Assembly: GCA_040954595.2 (NCBI GenBank) | Contig: CM082587.2 | Coordinates: forward strand, 6,871,705 to 6,935,704 | From: Balanoglossus misakiensis | Taxonomy: Eukaryota > Animalia > Hemichordata | DNA: 64,000 bases | Direction: 5' to 3' | Part shown: positions 24,543-35,200 of the stretch, in pieces | How the letters are laid out: the number at the start of each line of letters is the position of its first letter | Position numbering within the stretch: the stretch's first letter is position 1 | Notes under the pieces: generated by a model | The model's input: only the letters and a program-made list of their open reading frames with translations | Told to the model about the DNA's origin: nothing | Database searches by the model: none | Translations under genes and position numbers: made by a program

Positions 24543-25502
24543 TCAGTTAATTTTTGATATATCGCTTACACAGTTAATATTTACAACTGGCGTACTTATG
24601 TCTTTACGGGCCAAGATTTTGCCATTTTGAGTCCACAGGAATTTCCATTGTCTTTGTTTTCTTTTCTCGTTAGCCTTACCGAATAGTGATCTTCTTTGTT
24701 GTGTTAGATGTTCATTTATGTATATTTTGGTTGATTCATCGTAGCCGAGGTTTCTGGCTGTAATGTTTTTCAGGTTTTTCTTTTTGCTGTAGATGTTGTT
24801 CCTCACACGTCTGTTATTGAAGCGAACGATGATCGGACGATGACGCTGCTGCTGCTGCAAAGTGGTTCTGGTCTTTGTTCCAATGCGATGGGTTACATCA
24901 ATGGTGTTCATTGTTATGCTGATGTCTATTGCTTTCATAACTTTGAAGGCAATGTCATCTGTGCTCTCACCTTCCGCTTCTGGAATGCCATGAATTTCGA
25001 GATTTTCTCTCCGTATATACTGGTCAAGATCGTCTTTCTCTGATTCCAACTTGTTGAGTCTTTCGTTCAGTTCTTGGTTCTCCTTCGTTAATTTCGTGTT
25101 GTTATTTTCTAGTTGAGTTATCTGTGTTTTGAACTGTTCAAACATTGAGTTCATAAAGTCGACAGAGACTTTTACCGCTTCTGTGTTTTCTTCGACATGC
25201 TGGATTTTTTCGGACATATTTTCTAGTTTCTGTAATCTGGAGCTGATCTCGCTCAGTTGAGCAAATATGTCCGATGATGTCACAGTGTGTGGGACGTCTG
25301 GTAACGGACGTGATACAGTATCCGTTGCAGCAGGTGGTGCAGTGTTCTGCGCGGTCGCCATATTGGATGAACCACTTACTTGCCGGTGATCCTCTGAAGT
25401 CGGAAATCGCTTCTTCTTGCAAGATTTACACAGTGTCAGGTCTCCTTGACACAGCTTTACGCCCCTGATGACATTACAGTCCTCACACCTTGGTTTGGAC
25501 AT
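24543..25502 (-). CDS. LINE ORF1 nucleic-acid-binding protein (319 aa)
   Basis: N-terminal Cys cluster, coiled coil, RRENLEIHGIPE / HRIG / RPIIVRF RRM-like motifs, IYINEHLT and WTQNGKI C-terminal motifs. Confidence 0.88.
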   Translation of the reverse strand: MSKPRCEDCNVIRGVKLCQGDLTLCKSCKKKRFPTSEDHRQVSGSSNMATAQNTAPPAATDTVSRPLPDVPHTVTSSDIFAQLSEISSRLQKLENMSEKIQHVEENTEAVKVSVDFMNSMFEQFKTQITQLENNNTKLTKENQELNERLNKLESEKDDLDQYIRRENLEIHGIPEAEGESTDDIAFKVMKAIDISITMNTIDVTHRIGTKTRTTLQQQQRHRPIIVRFNNRRVRNNIYSKKKNLKNITARNLGYDESTKIYINEHLTQQRRSLFGKANEKRKQRQWKFLWTQNGKILARKDISTPVVNINCVSDISKIN

Positions 25503-25655
25503 AGTTATGATCTTGCTTGCAGTGAAAATATAAACTTTTGCTGGAGCCGATGCGAACTCATTGTCTCACTGTAAGCGCCCTCAACTTGCAAGTTGAATCG
25601 AAGCAGTCACTCAGACATTAATTACAATTATATACATGATTATATAATATATGTA

Positions 25656-26330
25656 TTTATCATACATGCAACGCCTGTATTTGGCACTTTCTATTGTTCT
25701 CGCCCCGAAGATATTTTACGGTATTACACTGAGCGCGATATTTTACGGTATTACACTCCGCGTCTCGAACAATTTTTGAGAACGCGCGGCACGACAGTTC
25801 GCTGCGCGTGCGAGCGACGTACGAGGCATAGGACGCTAGTGGAGAGGGGTGTTGTAAAATTCGGTTATTAGAAGCTGAAATAACGTTTTCAAAGCTGGCG
25901 GTTTTGCCATGTTGAATGAATCATTTTTACTTCTTCGAAATTCTCAATGCGAAATAATTGTTAACATGATATTTTGAAAGAGAACGTAGACAAGTTTATT
26001 TAGAATGCGGATGTGCCCATCGTAATGAAAGCTGCCAACCCCCTTAAAATGATACTACGGCCTACACGTCATACGTCACAACATGGCTACTGCCGTGATC
26101 CCAGCGCCTGGTTCAAATTTGAAATTGTTTTTCTCGGCGCATTTTCGCAAATCATACTGTTTTATAGGTAGGCATGTATGATAAAGGGGTTATTACACTA
26201 ATTTTGGTCGATAACGCGACGCATTCTCGTGATGTCCGTATTTCGACTCGTTGCGAAGCGCAACTCGTCAAAATACGGACATCACTCAAATACGACGCGT
26301 TATCGACCAAAATCCGTGTAATAACCCCTA
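25656..26330. mobile_element. Element with 14-bp inverted repeats and a terminal ~145-bp hairpin
   Basis: TTTATCATACATGC (25656-25669) / GCATGTATGATAAA (26172-26185), then hairpin AGGGGTTATTACAC...GTGTAATAACCCCT (26185-26329). Confidence 0.65.
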
Positions 26331-28574
26331 AAAATCTATAATATGTATAAATTAAAATTTGAATATCACAAATGTGACAAATTTACATCATTTTTTTACA
26401 CAGAAATCGAAAATCTGTTCAAATTTTGTGATATATTCATATCTGTAAATGCTCAGTCCTGTAAATGTTGATAAGCATACTTGACACTGTTTCATGCATC
26501 CAACGAGGGAATACAAATATAGAAGGGTTGTTGTATTGGAGAATTTACAAAGATTTCCTGTATAAAAAAAAATATCCGCAATACGATGTCCAGCCTCCAC
26601 ACTATCGCTTAGATCAGCGATTTTCAAAATCTCTGCTCCAAAAAATCATGCAATATGAAAGCAAACCAAACAGCAAAGGCCACATATTCAACAGCCGGCT
26701 AAGTTTAAAGTTCAAAGAGCATGGAGTGAGGGCGCCTATTTTCGTAATTGATCTGAATATTGCCAATGATTGCCACACCCACCACTGGCCGGCTGCGCGC
26801 TATGACCGATCAGAAGGACGGCACACTGAAAAATAGCACTGTAAACAATAAGATCTGAGAGGTCTAAACCATTATAATAAAGAATGTGATACTAGTAACT
26901 TAACTTCAGCACAAATTTGAACTTTTTTGTGGATGAACTTGCCCTAGATGAATGTGTGACGCTGATTCTTGTATAAAATTTCTGCCAAATTTAAAAGTCT
27001 TACTCCAATACATGTACACAAGATCAGTTATGACCTGTTCATCACATTTCCTTTGATTCAGTCATAAAATGTACATTCAGCCCATTCTTGATTCCTTTCA
27101 TATTGTCAGTGCAAGCGTACGCTCAGATACCAATTTTGTTCGGAAAAATGTAAATAAGTACAGATAGGCCTACAAACTTGAAGATAGCACTTTGAGCACT
27201 ATGTAGCTCTGCGTACAGGTCTGTTTGTTCCCGGCGTTACACCGCACAAACCTGTACGCAGGGTTATTTGAGCACAAGACGTACGTGACCGTATACGTAC
27301 GAAAATCAGGCAATTTTAAAAATATGATTGACATACAATGAAAACATAATTCAGATAAATAGTTTCAACATAAATTGTGAAAATCAAATAAACAAGCACT
27401 TAATACCTACCTTGCATATCTTTGGCGCAGCGAACTTGTCACTGGTATATACTCTATATGACTCTGAATGACTCTGTGTGGTAGTTGGAATGCATTTTCT
27501 CCTGGCATTACAGTTGAGCTCCCTCTAGGAGCCCTTTTAGCACTTCTTTTTTTTTTTTTTTTTTGCATTTCGTCTGCACAGTCTTTGTCTGCACCACGTA
27601 AGTCCACGTTGCTGAAGTTGCCCGTCATCTGGAAATTTGAATGCGAACGTAACTGCCGCCTGAGCGCGTCTGACGTCATTTGATAGCGAGGAATTTTTTT
27701 CTTTTAGTTGATTATATTGATTACTCTATGTGAAGCTTATTCAGAAAAATTGAAACATTCATTGTGGAAAGACAACATGTACAGAGGTAAAAGTATTGAT
27801 ATTTCTGACGCCACTGGGAATAACAGAAAAGTGCCTTAAAGGTTTGTTACAAAGCCGAGTATATTATGGAGCACAATGTGTGCTTTCGTCCATTAATATG
27901 GGTCTTTGGGGCGTTCATTATTCTCATTATTTTATAGTTTTGTCAATGCCAGTGAATTTGCAGACTTCAAAAAGTATAGGTGCGAACAATTCAGACTCGG
28001 ACACGGAGATCGAGAACAGAGCAATGGCGTACGCGTAAACAAAAGGTCACCTGATCGTGGTGTGTCAGTGTACTGTACATTTCTAGTATCATATTCAAAC
28101 ATCAGGTAATAAATAATGAAGGTTTATTTACGCATGTGAAAATTCATTTAAGGGTTCTGCTGAAAGATATCTGAAATAGTTTCGATTTTTGTGTAATCTT
28201 TGGGAGGATTTGGGGAATATTTGAATTCGTTTGCGTTCTCAGGAAAGTTCACGTATACGGGCGCTCGGAAGGTTGCAATACATAAACAAACTCGCCCTCG
28301 ATCGACCCTCCGTACCGCGTAGACAACATGACAAGTGACACTTGCGGCATATTTTTTTTACGTATAGCTTCGTTGACATGACTGCTTGGTACATGGTACA
28401 CGGTATGTATGGTGAACGAATGTCAAAATTCACTGGTATTGATAAAGCTATAATATAATATTATATATAATAAAACTGTGTGATTAGCGTCGCGTCCACA
28501 GGACGTTCTACGCGCATTTCATTTTCAGTATCACACTGTCTTGGAGCAAGACTAACTACTGACCTATATTCGCA

Positions 28575-28710
28575 TAGGATTGTGGGACTATAATCATTAC
28601 CATTTCAACATGGCGGATGTTGTTACGAGGGGTGTATCACTTACTCCTTTCGCGATGCCCACCTTAGTGTAAACTTGACAGTGCATTTCTTGTCGCTGAT
28701 CAGATTCCAG
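28575..28710 (+). promoter_or_regulatory. Putative GAPVD1 promoter and non-coding first exon with ZNF143-like and YY1-like motifs
   Basis: GGATTGTGGGACTA (about 28577-28590), CAACATGGCGG (28606-28616), strong donor CAG/gtaagt at 28710/28711, acceptor at 29209/29210. Confidence 0.5.
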
Positions 28711-29244
28711 GTAAGTACAAAAACCATACAAGTCAAATAAGTCTGCAATTCGTCCATTAGTAAAATGTTTAATGCCTTGAAAGACGCGAAATGATCGATA
28801 CATTCTTACTCGCATGACAAGTGTGTAGTGAGTAGTTTCTGCAGGGTGCAGTATGCAGAGCAAAAATTCTGGGGGAGGGGGTTCTCCTGTAGATTGTAGT
28901 CTATGTAGAGGATGTAGGGGTTGATTTTCATGTGTGTCTAAGTCTGGTAGTGGGCGGCTGCTATTCGGAGTTCAAGTGTTGTATAACCTTTTTGGCGTTG
29001 TCAGACTTCGTAAGAAGCAAATCGAAAATGAATGTGTTACCGATAGATATTTAGACTATTATTGAACACTAGACAACGTACTGAGTAAAACAACAGCTTT
29101 CACTATTCAGGGACTTGTGGAAATATACTTGGTATGTGTGCATACTGTACGGTGTTATTTTTGGCTGTGTAATCAAACCTTTCCTGTTCAAATTTCCTTC
29201 CTGTCACAGCATTTGAAGTGAATATTACACAAGAAGTGGACACC

Positions 29245-32200
29245 ATGGCTGCCACCACTACACTTGTTCAGTTGGCCAAACACCTGAAAGAGGAGAAACT
29301 ATTTGTGTCTGCCGAGAAGGAGCAGTTGCGCCGTCTGAACGAAGAGGTGACGTCGACCGCGGAGAGGTTGTACCATGTCTCCTGGATCGGTAGACAGCAA
29401 CGGCAGAATTTAGACCAGCTGATCAAGGGGGCGTGGGATCAGTCCCCGGCCTACTGCTGCTACAAGGCCAACGCCCTTGAGCAGGTGAACTTTGAGGACG
29501 CGTACAAGCACCTGGGCTATCACGATTCTGCGTACGGGGAGTTTCTGAAGACTCTGCGGGAGAACCCGAGACTGGTGGCCTACTGTCTGACCCAGGGCGA
29601 GAAAATGCACCATGAAGACAGCAAGGCGATGGTGAAGGTTGTCATGTCGGCCGTCTACGGCAACTGCATCATGCAGGAAGACGAAAGACACGTGCTGCTG
29701 CTGCTGCAGGCCCTGATCGAAAGCCAGCTGGCGGGCAGCGACGACCCGAGGCGGCTGCTGAGGCGCGACTCCTGCGTGTTCACCATGGTTTTCAAACACT
29801 TCACCGAGGGCCTGTACTCCGGGCGGCTCTACCTGACGGCCGCCCTCCACGAGGCCGTGATGGCTCTCCTCATGGACGACGAGAACTACCTGGAGACCAA
29901 CCCGCACCGGGTCGCCGACCACTTCACCCGGCAGGAGCAGGAGAAGAGGTTCGGCCGGCCCAACACCCCGGAGTTCCAGGACAGGCTCCTGCAGCAGCTG
30001 GAGGTCAACGTGGACCAGCTGGTGAGCCACTGCAACCGCTTCATCGGCAGCCTGAAGGACAGCATGTACTGCTTCCCGCAGAGCCTCGACTGGATAGTCA
30101 GGCAGATCTACAAGATCGTGACGCAGGCCGGAAAGATCAAGCCGGAGGAGGTGCGGGCCATGTGCGTGGACATGCTGCTGCTTCTCTTTGTGTGTCCGGC
30201 CATCGTCAACCCGGAGCCGTACGGGATCACCTCCGACATCCTCATCAGCGGAGTGGCCAGGTTCAACCTGATGCAAGTTGCCCAGATTTTACAAGCGCTG
30301 GCCATGAAAATGTACACGTCTGGCGACGGCAGGGGAAGTGACATATGTTCAAGGTTTCCAAAGGTAGGTCACGTAAAGAATTTAAAATAACTTGGTAAAT
30401 ATTTTCATTCATATTATTTTATGATCAAGTAAAAAATCTAACTATATAATTCTTGCTTTAGTCAATTTCAGGCAGTATGCATACTCAAATGCATATGTGC
30501 GCCAGGAATTCACAAAGTGACTATTCATACCATACTAATTGACCACACATAAAATGTACTCTGATTATTGAAGAACGAAAAATCTCATAAATGCAGGAAA
30601 TCTATTTTAAACATTTCTATACATTGCAAGTGGCTATCACTTTGTGGTACTGTATAATATGTATGTGGTATACTGTACATTGGATTTTTGCTGGTCTCAA
30701 CAGGATTGCATGTCTTCAGTCTTGGATTCCATGATCAACAGTCTAACAACGGACGACGCCCCTCCCGTCAATCAACAACTGCAAGGGATAACACGCAGCG
30801 CTGCCCTCATCACTCAGAATGAATTGTATACTTTGGTGAGTCTGCAATACACAGTACAACCTGTCTAAACCAAACACCAAAGGGATGAAACCCCAGAAGT
30901 ACTGTAAAACACTTTATTTTCGCGAGTTAAATTTTTCGCGATATCGAGAGAGGCCACTGTTTCGCGAGTATTAATTTTCGCGTTCTCTTATTTCATTCAC
31001 TGCATCGTTATCTTCAAAAACAATTTACGCGACTTTTTATTTTCATGCTATTTTGGCTCTCGCGTATTTGGCGAAAATTAATTGCTCGCAAAAATAAAGT
31101 GTTTTACAGTATATTTTGATGTGTATAACTTTGTTGTCATCAATGGAATAGTATCAGTTATTATTATTTTTCCCCCTGATGTTTCGTAGATTTCATATTT
31201 ACGAAACGTCCAAAGTTCCTGCCCGGAGCAAGCGGAAAGCAAAGAGCTGGAAACCATTCTGTCATCTGTGCCGGTCACACCCTCCCCAACCAGCAGTGCC
31301 AGTATCAACACACCGGGCACCCCGCAGAGCCAGGCACCGAGCACTCCGTCGCCGACGCCGGACACACCAACAGGGTCTACCAAGAAAAGCCACGGAAAAG
31401 GTGAGTTTTGAGGATGTGTTCATTGTGTGCGGGCCTCGTTTCAGGTTTTCAAAGGGATTTTACAGCCAATGTTGCCAGTCGGAAGTCTTCATTGATGTAA
31501 AAGCAGAACACTGCAGGGTAAACCTTGTTCTTGCTTGGTAAGTTAGTCGTGGCTTGTAATTAGGGGGCCAAGCATTTGCCTGATTTAGTAGTCCCTATGG
31601 GTTTTGTTAGAGTTTTTCTTTCTCCCTTATTCTTCTTGCATCAGTTCTTTGTCCGAGTAGATCTGATCAACTGCTGCATGCACACTTCACAAACTTTTCC
31701 ACAGTGGTCTGAGGACACAAAAAAATCTGACTGTTCTGTTCTGATGTTTCTACAGCCAAGAAATCCATCAAGTATGGCAGTGCGTTGGAAGCAGACGGCA
31801 ACCAGTCGGACAGCGGCAGCCAACAGAAAGAGATGGCTATGGATTACAAACCGGACGATGTCCTAGTGGTGCCACTGGGTAACGTCTCTAGTGAATGCCC
31901 TGGTATGCTGTCTGAAACAAAGGTAGGAGGAGTAGGCAGTCTCAGTACTTGCATCTGTAACATTAAAGGTACACAGTCAGCTCCAATTTACACATTGCTG
32001 TTTATTGTTAAAATCAGTGTGGTGGTGCACTTCTTTTCTGTGACCTCCAAGTGAAAATCTGTGATTGACTAGTGTCCAAGGTACGGTTTTGTAGATTTAT
32101 ACAGGCAAAGATATGCCTTTAGAGGTGCACACACATACGATCATACAGGTGATGTGGGTCTAAAAAACCTACTATTGCAGTGGTACATGTATGTTAGTTT

Positions 32201-35200
32201 CCAATGTAAAATATATACAGCTTCATACATGGTAGTTATAGGGATGTAATATAATTGTTATAAACCTCTTCTGGCTCTTGGTAACTTGTTATGTACATCA
32301 TCAACCGTGAAATTTTAACAACTCTATGTATTCCGTGTGAACATATTGACAGTAAACCTGATCCGAAACTTGACACATGACCTTTAACCTTTGTCTTTGC
32401 TTTGAATAACACAGGTCGTTGAGTCAGCAGAGGCCAAGACTCAATCGAAACCGGCGGAGACGGAACACCGGGTGAGTCCGTCGCTGCATGCAGATATCCC
32501 GGAAAAGCAGCTGCGTTTCTCCGCGGACGCGTCGTGCGTCAGCGACAACCTGGAGTCCATGTCTATCGGCGCCTCGAACTCGGTGTACTCCATGGACCTG
32601 GAGAACATCAGCAACACCAGCGGCATCGAGAACGCCAGCTGCGCCAGCGGCCGGAACACGCCCAGGTCCACGGCCAGCAGCAGCGACGCGGCCCGGGCGC
32701 TGGAGATGCTGGAGAGTGAGCCCCACGACATCTCCGACCGTTTCGGTAAATTTGAGATCCGTCCCATGATGGACAAGGACAAGTCTCAGATGGACGCAGC
32801 AGGTGGGTGTTCTGTGAGCTAAACACGTGGTTGTCCTTGTCCGGGGGGGATGGGGGGGGGGGGGGGTTGGGGGAATGTAATGTAATATCAACTTTGTGTA
32901 CATGTGTGAGCTTGCGTGTGTGATGACTTTGTTTGACTGTTAATAACAGTTATTGTTATTAAGATCATTGTAATAATGATATTACCACATTGGGTTACAA
33001 CTTTATAATGCTTGATTAGTATATCCACATAGCAGTGATGTAGAATGGTGTTCAGTATGTGTAGACAGGTTTTCAGATGAGACAGAGGCCAGTTTAAATG
33101 TATGTAAGCTTCATTTTGCTGTACTTCACACAAGGCTGGTGATCTGTGCCAGGAGTGAAATAAAGGGAAATTGTATCAATGTTTTGTGCATTGACACTGA
33201 CAGATATTGACGTGCTGGATATAACTGTACTGATTTCTTCTTCATTGATTCCAATCGTATCTTCACTGCACACAGAGACCTGGAGCGAAACCTGGAGTAC
33301 AGATGTTCTAGCCAGCGACCAATCAGAGCCGCCGCCGGAACCCAACCCCATCGAGAGACTGCAGGAGATCGCCGAGGTGCAGTCGGAACCTCCGGACTAT
33401 TCCGGCGGCCACAGCCTGCTGGACGTGCGGCCCCCGGGGGAGCTGTCGGAGACGGCCAGCGAGACCTGGAGCGTGGACGTCTTGCAGAGTGACACCGAAC
33501 GGCAGGAGGAGCGGCTGCAGGAGTTGGACGACGGAAACGACGAGAGCGCGACGGAGGGTGACGCGATGGAGGAGAATCAAGACGGAAAAGCTGATCAGGT
33601 GTGCAAACGAAAGGGGCAGTGATTGCGTAATATGTGATCATTTTTTTCCTCACAGTATTTTGTTCACTCCATCTATTTCTCCCCTGCCCCCTAAAGCCTG
33701 CTATCACCACCATACAATGTACATAGGTGATTTCTCTTCAGTTTGTAATACTTTGCAAGTATGGCAAGAGAAACATCTTTTTCAATGATTCCAATTTTTT
33801 TTTTCTCATTAGGAGGATCAGTTTTTTGACGCACTAGACAACAGTACGAAGAAAATTGAGTCCCTGGGTGCGTCGGATGAACTGGAGAATCTGGGGGCCG
33901 TGGGCGGGATGGGAAGGCTGGACGGAGAGAGGTTGCCGTACGGCGTTCCCAAAGTTGTGTCGTCGTCTTCCGGGGGGAGGCGGCCGCTGAACGATATCGC
34001 CCAGAGCTTCATGAGCGTGGAGCCGGGCAGGGAAGAGAACGTGGATAGTGTCTTGGACGCGTTCGATCCGTTCGCGCCGGTGGTCTCTTCCGGTCACAGC
34101 CACCGGGACAGCGGCATCGGCTCGGTCTCTCCCAGCAGCCCGGAGAATGTAGCGGAGAATTCCGCCGACGTTCTGCGGGTCAACGGGAATGCGAATACGG
34201 CGCTCCGGATGGACACCCCTCCCCCTCTGCCGCCCAAACTCCGGAATAACCCCTTCTACAAGGATAGCGCGAAACTCGTCAACCGGGACACCGTCCACTA
34301 TTCGGCGCAGGCGAATCATCCCCAGCACGCGGGGAAGGCCACGGATGGATCCGCAATGCTGCTTCCCGATGGAATGCCCGGCGCCATGGACTCTGGGAGT
34401 AGCGATGTTACAAAGAGTAGAGCCAGCAGTTCGGCGAGCACGTCCAGTAATTCCAGTGGATCCGGATCAAACAGAGTACCAGATCCTGACGGTCAGAAAT
34501 CCATCAGTTTCGACAATTCCGTGGATTCATTGGGAAGTCAAGAAAGGGTGAGTTGAAAAAAAAAATTTGTACCGTCTGTATTTGTGATTTGCAGTAGACA
34601 ATGTATTTTGACAATTTATTGATTTTTGGTTAATACCCTTCATCACCCGACAGATTGAAGGTGTTGAAACTCCTGACAAAAGTAATAAATCATGGTGGAA
34701 GAAGAAGTTGCCCTTCAAAGGTATGTGTCTCGAAAGTTTATCAGACTTTGTAGTAACAAGAAACTGAACTACATCATTTAGTGTTAAAGGATCTTGTTGT
34801 GGACCATTTGGATAGTTCAGTTTATGTTTTAAAACAATATCTTTGTTCTTGATGCACATTGATGTCACATTTGGTCATAAGGGTGATTGACCATGTCTAG
34901 TCTGACCTTGTGTGACCTTATGATAATCTGGTATTTTTATGGACACACAAGTCATGTATAACCGTCTATTTAATATTGCATTACCTCTTATAATGCATCT
35001 TGAAGCAGAATCTTGCAAGCGTTTCGTCAGTAAAAGTAAAAATGATAATATATACAAATGTGTGGTGTAGGGTGTTTAGGGGTCAGATAGAGGTCAGTTG
35101 GACTTGAAGAGTTTGTCATTTGCATTTCAGTTCCAAGCAGGAAGAGCAAAGGAACTAAAACTCCAGACAAAGACAGAGAACACTCAACGTCCATCTTCCC

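Larger units (their letters stand above)
21279..25590 (-). mobile_element. Near full-length non-LTR retrotransposon, CR1/L2 group (5' boundary approximate)
   Basis: ORF1 plus EN-RT ORF2 on minus strand, ~300-nt 3' UTR ending in AATAAA and an (ATT)n tail (21279-21310); no clear TSD. Confidence 0.92.

Noticed and set aside
27407-27679. 90-aa minus ORF ending at a donor-like AAG/gtaggt, considered as an upstream exon of the DED gene
   Set aside because: Phase does not match the acceptor at 11158, frame depends on a long homopolymer, no recognisable protein.
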